Below, one piece after another: positions 49,101 to 61,752 of a stretch of DNA of 64,000 bases. The notes beneath the pieces are model-generated. The model was not told the DNA's origin. It ran no database searches and worked only from the letters and a program-made list of their open reading frames with translations. The stretch comes from Blastocladiella emersonii ATCC 22665 (lineage: Eukaryota > Fungi > Blastocladiomycota), in assembly GCA_025594325.1 (NCBI GenBank), contig JANHCV010000007.1, positions 1,922,001-1,986,000 of the forward strand, written 5' to 3'. How positions within the stretch are numbered: the first letter of the stretch is position 1; every line of letters begins with the position of its first letter. The position numbers and the translations under genes were made by a program.

Positions 49101-51977
49101 CCAGCCGGCGAGCACCTCGGTGGCGGGGATGGCGACGAAGCCCTGGCGGAACGTCTTCTGCGACAGCCACGAGTTGAGGCGGCTGGCGAAGGCCGGGTCG
49201 GACCGCAGCTTGTTCTCGTGGCCGGCGGCGATGGCGAGGGCGCCCGTCTTGTTGGGGTTCTTCTCGTCGAGCTTGAGCGTCTTGTCCTTGACGAGCGTCG
49301 GGCAGTAGTCGGCGGGCGTGCGCGGGAACCCGGACGTGATGTCGGTGCCCGTGAACTGGCGCAGCTGGTCACGCGTGTGGTACGGCGTGGTCGAGACCAC
49401 CGACAGCTGGTTGAGGTCGTAGACGATGCCGTAGGCCGACGCGTACATCTTGTTCTTGATGCTGAGGTAGTCCATCTCGTTGGCCGAGAACAGGTCGCGG
49501 CGCGGGCAGATGACGAGGCCGGCGCCGGCAATGACGAACAGGACCGCGGCCGAGAACAGGAAGATGAGGAAGCAGATGACCACCTTCTCGCGCCACGCCA
49601 TCTGGACGTGCTTGTCCTTCATGCGGCCGAGCAACGACAGCATGAACGACGGGATCCAGAACGTGAGCAGCCAGACGAAGGCGACCCACCGGCGGCGCGA
49701 CGGCGACGCCTTGGGCTCCTCGACGGTGCGCGGCACGTCCACGTTGGGGTCGAAGCCGTCAACGGCGTCGCGCATGATGGCGTCGTGCGCCGCGGCGGAC
49801 CGGCTGCCCGTGCCCGAGAACCCGGCACCGCCGCCGCCACCCGACCCGTCGAGCTTGGACAGGCCCGAGTAGCCGTTCGCGATGGAGAAGCCGTCGTACA
49901 TGGAGTTGTTGTCGGACATGTACGTCTCGTCCTCGGACACGTAACTCGCGCCGTCGTCGAAGGCGGCAGCCGCGCCGCCGCGCTTGGCGGCGCCGCCGAG
50001 GCCGACCGAGTACTGCGAGCCGGTGGCGTCGTCGTTGCGCTGGGCCTTTTTCCACTCCTTGTAGCGCTTGAGGTCGCGCTCGAGCAGGGCGACGGCGCGC
50101 CACGTGAGCCACACCGAGTCGCGGCCGAGGACGTGGTCCTCGACGCCGACGCCGCGGAGGAGCATGTCGACGCGGTCGCGGATCGGGCGGGACTCGTCAA
50201 CGCCGCGTGACACCATGAGGGCACCGTACCGGGCCACGACGCGCGCGAGGGTGGCGCGGACCGGGAACCCGGCGGGCGAGCCGAGCGCGGCCTGCAGCGG
50301 CTGGGCCACGGCGTTGGCAGCCTGGGCAGCGCTGGCCGAGTTGCCGCAGTAGACGAGGAACACGTTGGTCTCGGCCACGTCGCCGAGGAGCTCGGTGAGC
50401 GACGACTCGTGCTCGTCGATGAGCGTGGGCGGCGCAGCGGCGGCGTCGTCGGCCGAGGCGTCAGCGCCGGCGGCCGCACCCTTGCGCGACTTGCGCTTGA
50501 TGGACGACTTGCGCAGGGGCTTGGCGGGGACGTGGGCCTGCGCGGCGGCGGCCTGGGCGACGGCCTTGAGGGCGAAGAGGCCCGAGACGAACTCGTTGGT
50601 GCACTGGGTGCGGAACAGCTGCACGACGTCGAGCGAGATGCGCTCCACGTTCTCGGCGGCGTGGCGGCGACGGATGGCGCGGGTGTCGGGCTCGGCGGGG
50701 ACGCCGAGCTGCAGCGGGCGCGCGGAGCCAGCGTCGGCCGAGTAGTCCTGCACGAGGCCGTGGAGGTACTCGGCGGTGAACTTGTCGAGGCGGTGCTCGG
50801 TCAGGTTGGCGAGGGCGGCCCACAGGCCCGAGCCGTTGGGGTTGGTCGGGGTCGGGTCAACGGTGGGCTGGGCGCCGGGGAAGGCGAGGACGTTGACCAT
50901 GGTGTGGGCGGCGTCGCAGTGGAGGCGCGAGTTGATGAACTCGGTGAGCCAGGTGAAGAGCAGGGCGTAGAGGGTCGAGGCGAGGTGGGCCGTGTACTCG
51001 GTGGCCTGTGCCAGATTGTGAACGATGGTGCACTTGTCGACGCCAATGTAGCCCGTGTGCGAGAGCAGCGAGTCCTCGAGGGCGGCGGGGGCGATGCCGA
51101 GCAGGCCGGCGACGAACTCGAGGTGGTCGCGGTTGCGGACACGAGTCTCGGGCTCCTCCGTGTCCTGGTTCTTGGCCTCGACGAACTGGATCTGGCCGAG
51201 GTGGAGGACGGCGGCGAGGACGGCGAGGACGTGCGACTGCGACTTTTTGGACAGGCCGAGGGTCTTGAGGGCGTTGAGGAACTTGCCAAAGTTGTCGGCG
51301 TCGGAGCGCTCGATGACCTTGAGGCCGGCGTGCAGGTAGTCGTAGTGGGCGGGGTCCGGGTGCAGCTTCCAAGCCTGCTTCTGCTCGGGGGTGGCGCCGG
51401 CGAGCAGGTAGTAGAAGATGTGGAAGGAGCGCTCCTCGGCGGGGACGCGGGTGACGCGGGCCTTGTCGAGGGCGAACTCGAGGGTCTTGGCGCCGACGAT
51501 CTTGTGCTTGTCGTCGAACTGGATCTCCGTGTACTGGCCGAAGCGGGTGACGTGGTTGCAGGTGGCGGTCTGGGCGGTGCCGAGGGCGGCGAGCACGGTC
51601 TGGGCGGCGGTGATGCGGTGGTGGACCTTGTGTGCCTTCTTGGAGGAGAGGGCGTTGACGTGGTTGAGGAAGAGGGCGACCTGCGACTGCTTGTCGACGC
51701 CGCCGTCGCCGCGGAAGACGACCGTCTGGCTGGCGGCCGAGATCTTCATGGCGGCGAAGGCGCGGGCGGCGAGGGCGGCGAGCGCGGTGGGCTCCGTGTC
51801 GACCTCGACGCCAATCTCCCAGCCGCGGGCCTTGGCAACAAACTCGTCGACGTCGCGGTCGAGGCGGTCGCGCACCTTCTTGGTCCGCGCGGCGTGCGCG
51901 ACCGTGTCGACGGCGAGGACGCGGCCGGCCACGGGCACGGCGGCGCTGGCCGCGGCCGACGCGGACGACGGGTCCAT
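46145..51977 (-). CDS. Chitin synthase with N-terminal myosin-motor-like domain (division 2, class V/VII type), cyt-b5-like domains and C-terminal DEK_C; first exon 51977-47991, several small 3' exons
   Basis: [58 protein letters not shown] and spliced AFWRQDDFSWG. C-terminal [39 protein letters not shown] is DEK_C. Confidence 0.95.
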
Positions 51978-52845
51978 GGTTGCTGGAGGGTGGGGGTTAC
52001 GCTACGAGAAGGACGCGCGCGGCTGAGACATGAGCACTCTGGCCTGAGACACTCTGCATCGAGGCGCCACCCGAGCGAGCGGTGGTCGCCGAGCCGCGAT
52101 GCACGCACCTAGAAGCGCAATGGAAGCGCAATGGCGACTGTGCGAGGGCACGACAGCAGCGGGAAGTTGGGAGTGCTCGCGCGCGCCGTGGAGGGCGGGA
52201 GCGGGTGCTGCGGCGAAGGGCAGGCGCGGCGAGAGTGCGAGCGGTGCGTTGCAAGGAGTGCAGAGATGGCGGTGCGCCGAGCGGGGAGCGCAGCGGGAGA
52301 GGGGGCTCGCCGGTTTGCGCAGACGCAGAGCGAGGGGTGGCGTGTCCGAGGAGCGCTGTTCCTTTCTCGGTCGAGGCGAGGCGGAGCCGCTGCGGTCGGT
52401 GGTGCGGGCTGCGGCTGCCGGGTGCTGCGATGAACAAGAATCCGAGGCCGTCGGCGAGCGCGAGGGCGAGGGGGTTCCCGCGGGCGAGTGCTTGATGCGT
52501 GGTCTACGAGCCGGTGGTGGCGGGGACTCGAGGGCGAGGGAGAGCTGAGAGGATGGGATGGGAGCGGCGCGAGCGTGAGGCCGAGCCGCTGGCTGGCGCC
52601 GCCTCTTCATCAGCAGCCGACAGCGATCGGCGGCTCGCAGGGAAGGAGAAAATAACCTAAACCACCCGTCACCTGACGCCTGTCCAACCAGCCCGCACCT
52701 GGCGTGATTGCGCGACGCGTCTCGCACCGCCGCGCCGCTGCGAGACACTCGCCACGCGGGCCGAAGCGAGCCTGCAAGCGAGCCCAAGGTTGTTGTGTCA
52801 CAATACACTAGGAAACATTTGTAAAAACTCTCAGCTCCTCGACAC

Positions 52846-55800
52846 TCACTCGTCGCGCGACCGCGGGAACGGCTTGATGCGAATGCGCAGCGCCGTCGCC
52901 GACGCGCCTGGCGCTGGTGGCGGGACCGGCGGGTCGTACGCGGCGGGAGGGTACCCCGCATCGTGCGGACTCGGCCGCGTCGGGAGCGGCGGGAGCGACA
53001 CGTGCTCCTCGTCCTCGTCCATCATGACCTCGGACTCGTACGACTCACGGCCGTGCGCCAGCGGCTGCTGGTGCTGCTCCTGCGCCGTCAGAGCAGGCGC
53101 CGGGTGGTACTCGCCCTCGAGCCGCGGCCGCTTGGCTGCGGGCTGGTGGTAATCGGCCGCCGCCTCGTCCGTCGCAGTCCGCGTGGGCGCGGGCGATGAA
53201 TCCGCCGTCGAGTCATACCCGGCGTACGCGTCCGCGTCGAGGTCGTCCGTCTCGTCGCCATCGTCGATGCGCGCCGGCGCCGCCACCATATGCCCGAGCT
53301 GCACCACCTCGGGCCGCACGCCCGCGTCCGCCAGCGCCGCCGCCATGGACTGCGACACGTGCGGGCCGAGCCCAATCGCCTCGGCAATCGTCATCCCGCC
53401 GCCGCCCGACGTGGGCCGGGACGGCGGCCGCGGTGGAGCCACGGGGGCGGGCAGCGGGGCGTCGGCACCCGTGAGCGCCGCAATCAGCGGCGTGATCGTC
53501 TGCGGGAGCGGCGGCGGCCGCACCGCCGGGGTCGTGTTGCCCGTGTGACTGGATGCGGCCCGCGAGTGCGGCGGCTTGCGCGGCGACTTGACCAGCACCT
53601 CCGACTCGAGCACGGGCACCCGCGCCGCGGCATGCGCGCCGAGCTTGGCGCCGACCGTCTCGAGGCACGCCCAGTCGGCCGCCGGATCGCTCGCGTCGAG
53701 CCCGCGGAACACGTCTGGGTCGGCGAGCTGCACCACGATGCGCTTGGTCGTGCCGTCCGCCGCAACCGCCTCGATCGTGACCGTGGCGCCGGGACCCGAC
53801 GCCGCGTACCGCGCGCGCTGCTGGTGCGCCATGCGCGCCGACTGCTGCGGCGACGGCGCGCGCGACCGCTTGCCACCGGCCAGCGACCCGTCCAGCTCGA
53901 GCATCGACGACGGCTGCCCGCGCCCGATCCGCGTCGGCCGCTCGTCCGCCTCGGCGAGAAGCAGCGCCGCCGAGGGTGAGACGGGCGCCACCACGCTGGC
54001 CGTGTCGCCCGAGAAGGGCGGGTACACGGTGGTGAGCGGCGGCGGGATGTAGCCCGGCGGAATGTACTGCGACGGGTCGGCCTTGAGCATGTACCGCGGG
54101 TTGACCAGCTGGCACAGCGACTCGATGCGCTTGGTCAGCACCGTCTCCTTGGGCCACGGCAACCCGTTGATGGTCCCCGCGGCGGACGCGGTCGGCGCCA
54201 CGGCGGGCGCGGCACCGGCCACGGCGCGGTACGACTCGGCCAGGGCGTAGAACTGGAACTCGGGGTCCTGCACGATCGCCTCGTACCGACCGTACCCGTG
54301 CTTGGCGATCCCGAGCAGCAGCGTCTTGTCGTGGGCGCCCGACTGCCACCAGTCGGGGAGCCCGGCCGCGCGCTTGGCCTGGCCCAGCACCTTGTCGAGG
54401 TGCGCGTACGGCAGCACGTGCGACCGCAGGAACTCGAGGAACTCGATGCGCTTGAACAGCTTCTTGGCCTTGTCGAGCGTGAACTCGTCGTCGCCGTCGA
54501 ACCGGTCGCGCGGCCGCTGGCACGGCACGCCCGTGACGCGCGCCAGCTCTGCGTCGAGCAAAAACTTGCACTGCGCGACCGTGTGGTAGTAGTACTCGTC
54601 GAGCGCCTCGTCCGTCTTGTGCCCGAGGTTGGCCGCGTCCTTGATGGGCTCCCAGTCAATCACCTGGCGTCGCTCGACACGGCGCTCGAGCCGCCGCTCC
54701 ACGCGGTGCTGCGGGGCCGCGGCGCCGGCACCGCCGTCCACGTCCATGGCGTCGGGCACCTCGACCTCGACTTCCACGTCAAACTCAATGTCCATCTCGC
54801 GCAGCTGGATCCCGAGGCAGCACGTGGTGCGGTAGAAATCCGTCCGCTCGCGCTTGTTCCACCGGTTGGCGCGAGCCGTGGCAGCCGCAGCAGCCGCCGC
54901 AGACGCGCGGTCCTGCTCGGCCGACACCGCGGCGGCGTGGCGCTGCGCCTTGGACTGCTGCTGGTGCTGCGCGGCCTGCTGCGCGGCCTGCTTCCTGCGC
55001 TCGCGGACCAGCGTGCTGACGACGCGGCGCAGCCGCGCGCCGATCTCGGACTTGGACGGCCACGCGTACAGCGTCTGGTCCTCGGGCCCGTCGCCGGCGG
55101 CGGCGAGCTGCGCGGGATCCTCGGGCGCGTCGTCGTCCTCGTCGTCATCGTCGTCGTCGACGTGCGTGGCCGACATGCTCTTGCGGCCCTTCTTGGACGC
55201 CTTCTGCAGCTCCTGGAACGTGGCCGGGTCGTAGCGGCGCAGCGAGAAGGCGAGGTCGCGGTCGCGGCGCATGGGCTTGAAGACGTGGTACCCGTGCTTG
55301 ACGATGCCGATCAGCAGGTCGCGGTCCTCGTCGCAGCCCCACCACGGCGCGGGCGGGCGCGACAGCGTCGGGACCACGAGATCCCGCTTGGCCTCGGCCA
55401 CGTCGCGCGGCACCAGGTCGTACACCTGCTTGAGCAGCGTGAGCCGCGACACCATGAACTTGACCTTCTTCTCGACCGCCTCCTTGTACTCGCGCGGCGC
55501 CGCGATGAGGAACGACCGGTACTCGGTCACCTGGCGCGGGGTGGCGCCCTCGAACGGCAGTTCGTGGCCCTGCGGCAGGCAGTACGGCTCGACCTTGTCG
55601 CGCAGGATCGCCTCGATGTCGGCGATCGCCGCCGCGTCCTCGTCGGGGTTGAGCTTCGAGATGACGAACCGGAACAGGTCGCGCGCGCACGGGATCACCT
55701 CCTGCACCGTGCGCCGCGGGCACGCCGCGAGCACGCGGTCCCAGTGCCACACGCCAAACACCATGAGCCGCCGCTCAAAGTACAGCTTCTCGGTCGGCGA

Positions 55801-58800
55801 CCACTTGTTGACGAACTCGGGGCCATTGGCGCCGGACGCGTCGCCGAGCCCCGACGCGCCGTCGCCGTCGGCCGTGTGGCCGAGCCGGCTGCCCGCGCGG
55901 CGACCCGCGCCACTGGCGGCGCCCGCGTCGCTGCCGGTGCCGTCCTCGTGCTCCTCGAAATCGGTCTCGTCGTCGTCGTTGCCGTCCTCGAGCAGCGGGC
56001 GCGCGTACCGGCCGAGCCCCGTCGGGCCCGACGCGATGGCGCCGGCGCGGACCGACTCCTTGAGCTGCTCGGTGGCGCGCGCGTGTGAGCGGCGCTGGCG
56101 CGGCTCGTCGAGGATGAGCGCCTGGCGCGCGGCGGTCTCAGCGTCGACGACCTCGAGGTCGGCCTTGGACGCGAGCTTGTCCCAGAAGAGCGGATCGTTG
56201 ACGTCGATCTCGACGTTGTCGGTGGCGGACGCGAACGTGGCCTTGGAGAAGATGGACCCGGCGTTGGCCGAGGCGTCGTGACGGATGACCGTGGCGCGGC
56301 GCTCGAGGATCTGGTCAATGTCCTCGTCGCAGAAGGCCGACGAGTCGGCGTCGTCGAGGAAGGCGCCGTACGCGCCCTTCTTGAGCAGCTCCTCGACCTC
56401 CTTCTTGGACAGCTTGGTCTCGTCGGCGGCGGGCGCGCCGCCCATGGCGCTGTTGGCGTCCATCTTCTGCAGGATCGCCTTCTCGAGCCCGAGCTTGAGC
56501 CCGGCGCGGTCAAACATCTCCTTCTCGTACGTGTTGCGCGTGATGAGGCGGTAGATTTGGACGGGTTTCTTCTGGCCGATGCGGTGGCACCGCGCCTGCG
56601 CCTGGAGGTCGTTTGTCGGGTTCCAGTCCGAGTCCATGATGACGGCCGTGTCGGCGGCCGTGAGGTTGATGCCGACGCCGCCGGCGCGCGTGCACAGCAG
56701 GAACACGAACGACTCGGAGCCCTCGGCCGAGAACCGGTCGATGGCGGCCTGGCGGTCGGCGCCGCGCACGTGGCCGTCGATGCGCTCGAAAAAATACCGC
56801 TGGCCGCGCAGGTAGTCGGCGAGGATGTCGAGGCACTTGGTCATCTGCGAGAAGATGAGCACCTTGTGGCCGCCGGCCTTGAGCTTGCGCAGCAGCTTGT
56901 CGAGGAGCACGAGCTTGCCCGAGGCCTGGATCATGCACTGGTACTGGGCCTCGGCGCTGGCCGCGGCATTGGCCTCGTGCACGATCACGTCCTCGGCGCC
57001 AGCGAGCAGGTACGGGTGGATGCAGCACTTGCGCAGCTCCATGGCGACGTTGATGAGCGAGGGCAGTGCGTCGCGGCCCTTGGTGCCCTTCTTGAGCATC
57101 GAGAAGTTGCGCTCGAGGATGGCGCGGTACCACTTCTTCTGGATGTTGGTGAGCTCGACCTCGATGACCGTCTCCTCCTTGATCGGGATCGACTTTTCCA
57201 CGTCCTCCTTGAGCCGGCGCAGCATGAGCGGCTTGAGCAGGAGCTGCAGCCGCTCGACATCGGCCGAGGTCTTGAGCGAGCCGTACTGGGCGAGGAACGC
57301 CTTCTCGTTGGGGAACGCGTCGGGGTCGAGGAAGTTGAGCAGCGCCCACAGCTCGTCGATCGAGTTCTGCAGCGGGGTGCCCGTGAGCAGGACGCGGTGG
57401 TCCATGGCGAAGCCCTTGAGCAGCTCCGAGATCTTGGACGACTTGTTCTTGAGCTTGTGCGCCTCGTCGAGCACGCACGCGCGCCAGAAGATGGGCCGCA
57501 GCTGCGCGGCGCCGGCCATGACCATCTCGTAGGTGGTGATGAGCACGTCGAACTTGAAGACGCCGGGCACGGGCGCGCCGCGGGCGTCCTTCCAGTAGAA
57601 CTCGGTGTCGACGATCAGGTTGCGGGCGGCGGCGTTGCCGTGGTAGACGATGGCGTTCATGTTGGTCCAGTTGCGGAACTCGCGCTCCCAGTGCGGGACC
57701 GTCGACAGCGGCGCGATGACGAGGAACGGGCCCATGACGCCGTACCGCGAGTACAGCTCGTGCAGGAAGGCGACCGACTGGACCGTCTTGCCGAGGCCCA
57801 TCTCGTCGGCCATGATGGACGACTGGCCGCGGATCCAGCAATGCACGAGCCAGTTGACGCCCTCGAGCTGGTACGCACGCAGCTGGTTGCCGTTCTTGAA
57901 GTCGGGCGACTCGGTGTAGGGCACAAACGACTGGCCGGTGCCGGGCCCGGGGCGCACGACGGGGCCGGCCATGGAGCGGCGCTTGGCGTCGTTGACGGCG
58001 CGGCGCGAGAGGAAGTCGGCGACAGCGTCGGGGTCCCACTCGTCGCAGTCCTCCTTGGCCTCCCAGGAGGCCTGGTCGTAGGCGAGGTTCTCCCACTTGA
58101 CGAGGTAGTAGATGGCGGCGGACCCGTCGTGGGCCGTGGCCTCGCCCTCGTCGAGGATGCGGTCGACGCGCAGGTAGGCTGGGTTGAAGCCCTCGTCGCC
58201 CCAGTGCGAGGTGGCCACGCCGTTGGCGGCCTCGGCGGCCTGCTTGTCGAAGAAGCGCTTGATGCGCTGGCTACCGTTGGTCTGGGCCTCGATGACGCTG
58301 GTCGGGACCCACTCGCGGTGCATGTACGACAGGTTCTTGTACTTGACGAGAAACTCGTCCTGCGCGACGTGCGGTGAGTCCGGGTCGGTGGGGTCGGCGG
58401 GCGCGGTGACGGTGCGGTGGACGATGATCTTCTCGACCACGCGGCGCTCGAAGAGGGCAAAGGGGATCTGGACCGTGTCGTAGGGCACGCGCCACGAGGT
58501 ACCGGGCGGGGCGTAGAAGCCCGTGGAGCGGCTGCTTGTTGAGTTGGACGCGGCCGAGGAAGATGCGGCGGCGGCGCGGCGAGACGAGGAGCTGGTGGCA
58601 GCGGCGGATGCGGGCGTGCGGCGGCCCGAGGCGGACGAGGACGAGGTGAGGTCGTCGGCGTCGTACTCGTCATCATCATCGTCGTCGTCGAGGCGGTCGC
58701 CACGCGTCATGCGGGCGCTGGCCTGGCGCGCAGCGGACCGGCGGCCGCTACTGCTACTGGCGGTGGTCGAGGCGGGCATGGGCGACTTGCCGGCGACACG

Positions 58801-59425
58801 GGAAGCCGCAGCCGCGAAGCGTGTGGTCTTGCCCGCGACGGCACCGGGGCCAGAGGCGACACGGTGGTGGTAGGGCTCGGACACGGCGTCGATCTCCTCG
58901 TCCTCGGTGGCATTGTCGTTGTCGTCGGAGAGCGACGAGAGGGCGTCGGCCTCGTTGTCCTCCTCCTCGTCGTCGGTCGAGTCGGTCGGGCGTGAGGAGC
59001 GCTTCCGCTTGGCCGACGAGCGCGGGGCCGCGGCGGCAGCGGGTCGCTTGGCGCGGTTCGCGGCGGTGCGCGAGGACGCGCGGTGTGGTGGCACGGGGAG
59101 GTCGGCGAGGACAGGATCCAGGTCCATGGGCGCGGGCGGGTGGTGGTGGGTGTAGGGGTTGGCGGCAAAGTAGCCGGCGCTGGGCGAGGCGGTTGGGAGC
59201 GGCGGGGCCGGAGCGGGAGGGTAGGCCGCGGGACTCACGACGTGGTGATGCGGGAGGTGGTGGCCGTGGAGGAGCGGCGAGGAGGCGGCGCTCGACGGGT
59301 CCGAGGCGGGCGCGCCGTAGTACGGATATTGGTGAGGATAGTCGCCGCCGGACTAGAGGTTTGGTGGGAGTTGGTGATGGTCAGCGATAGCACGGGCGCC
59401 AAGTCGGGGACAGCAAGCGCACCAT
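52846..59425 (-). CDS. Chromodomain-helicase-DNA-binding remodeler, CHD6-9/Kismet (subfamily III) type, about 2169 aa; exon 1 probably the ATG alone (59425-59423), exon 2 59352-52846
   Basis: Tandem chromodomains (FLVKYKNLSYMHREW; YYLVKWENLAYDQASWE). SNF2 ATPase (ADEMGLGKT, DEAH, FLLCTRAGGVGINL, QARCHRIGQ). IKEETVIEVELTNIQKKWYRAILERN and two WW..DRDLLIG/DKTLLLG..KHGY repeats are characteristic of CHD7/Kismet. Confidence 0.92.
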
Positions 59426-60156
59426 GGTCGCGGAACGGTCAAGTCGCGTGCGGGGGTGCCGGCGAGGGCACGCGAGAGGAGTGCGAGTCTAAGCGAGCGG
59501 ACAAAGTGAGGACGTGTTGTTGGATGAAGATCAAGGTGTTGGGGAGCGTACCGAGCGGGCGAGCAGGCCGGTCGAGTCGAGGGCGGCGCGGGTCGCGCTT
59601 GGTGCCGCGGACAGCGAGGGCGAGGCGCACGAACGCGGTGCGAGACGCGACGCGGAATCACGCCAGGTCAGGCGCCGGTCGGGTCAGTCTGCAAGCCGGT
59701 CAACTCTACAGCGTGGCCGAGCCGAGGGTGAGAATCCAACCCAGCGTGCATGAAGCGCCGAGCGGATCGGCCTCGAGCGAAGCGCACCGGCGGGTTCGGG
59801 AGGAGCAGAGGGCCTCTCCGTGCGGCGTGGAGGGCTCGCGCGGGAAGTAGTGCTCGCAGCGAAGACGGACGGGACGTGGGTGCAGAGTCACCGCGGACAC
59901 GGGCGGGCAGCGAAGAGCAGCCGGCGGAGGCGGTGGCCGAGGCGGCAAGCAGGGCGGCCGGAGGGTGCACGACACTGAGGTGGGAGACTGGGCCGAGCGA
60001 GGCGCGCCGTCGTCGTGGTCGCAGAGGGAAGCGGGAAGGCCGGCGTGCGTTCGCCGTCGTGGGTCGCAGTTGCGGTCGCAGCGATGCAGGGTGGGAGATG
60101 CAGCGCAAGCTCACTCGGCAGCGGGGGAGGGGGTGGACGGCGAGCAGAGCGGGCGT

Positions 60157-60189
<33 letters not shown>

Positions 60190-61752
60190 GGGACGAGGGA
60201 CGGCCGTCGTCGTCGCGGCGTGCCCGCGGCATCGCCGTGCGACGGCTCAGCTCACCCGCCGCCCTCGGCTCGCCGCCTTTTTCGCCCCGATCCGGCCGCC
60301 ACGCGTCGCGCTGAACCTCAGCATCGAGCTAGAATCACTCTCCGCCGTGCCACGAGCACCGGGCGATATCCTGGTGTATTTAGGCGCCATTCCCGCGTAT
60401 TGGCGGGGCATGCGGGGTATCCGGATACGGCGGCGGGCCCATGGCAACGCGGCGGGCGGGTGCGGCGTGAGGCGCGCGCACACGCCCACCGCGGCGCACG
60501 CGCTCAGGGCGACGACGGCACGGCGGGGCGGCGGCGGGCGCACGGCACCGCGTGGCGTGAAGTCGCGTGAGCGTTCCCGCCGGCGCGGCGCCCTCCCGCG
60601 CTTCTCCACGGTGACGGCGTGGCGGCGCTCGCCGGTTCCCAGAGCCGCCTCGTGCAGGATGACGCTCAGGTCGTGGCGCGCGTTGCTCCAAGTGCGAGCG
60701 AGCGGCGGCCGTCGGTGGTCGCGCTGACGGTGTGGAGGAGTCCCGTGTCCGAGCCTTGAAAAGGCCCAAGCGCTCGCGTCCGCCACTTGGTGCATCGGCC
60801 GCCTGGGGGGCACGGCGAGTGCAGCGACGATGGGTGGCGGTGCCGCTGCGTGGTGAGGTCGGCCGAGCGCGTCGCAGCTTGTCGCCGCTCCACTTGATCG
60901 CCTCACGCAGACGAGCGACGTGTTGTGAGGTTCGCTGGCCCGCGCGACCCGCCCGCGTCTGGGCAGGCGCGTCTCGCACGCCCAGCGAGCGGGCAGCGCC
61001 GGCGCGACGTCGGCTCGGGGCGTGCAACGCGCCCTCCGCGTGTCCCGCAGCGAGGTATCTCCTCCACGAAGTTGGAGCGCTTGCGTCCGCCACTCGCCGC
61101 ATCCTCTCATCGCCCGCGTGGACCGAGCGTCGCGACGCTGCACAGCGCGCTGCCTCGAGCTCGGCGCGTCTCCACTCACCGACCGCGATGACTCGGCGCT
61201 AGCTCCAAGCGCGGCGCCGATGACTGTGCCGCACAAGGCGGGCCGCGGCCGGTTGTTCGCCGCGTCCCGCTCCGTCGCTTCAGCCCGCCCGCACGCGTCC
61301 AGCCCGAACGCGTCCCTGGTCGTCGTCTCCTGAGCGGCGCAACGCGTCCATCGCCCGCGGCTGCTGACCACGGTCCCGACGGAGGCTCACGTCGGCGGCT
61401 ACGCGGGGCCGCTGCAGCGACCATGGCCATGACCACGACGCGCTCCTCTCGCAGATCAGCGATGGATCGCGCAAGGGCAGGGACGGGTGGCGCTGCGCGA
61501 GCCGGGCAACCGATCGGGCTCCCGCGCGATTGCCCGCGGGAGCCGCCGTCCCCGCGCCCGTCTCCCCTCCCCCCTCCCCTCCCCTCCCTCGCCGCGATCC
61601 GCCCTCCCTCCCCTCCCTCTCGCCTGCCCGACACTCACGTATCCATGAATTCGCACCGGCCCTGAGCCCGATCGTCGCTCCCCTTGCTCCCTGCTCGCAC
61701 CGTGCCGCCGCAGCCCGACCATCCCCGCGCAACCACCACCATCACCACCGCC

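Noticed and set aside
59426-61752. Several 150-370 aa ORFs in the CHD-ABCC divergent intergenic region
   Set aside because: Arg/Ala/Pro-rich translations without codon bias or motifs, consistent with GC-rich promoter/UTR sequence.
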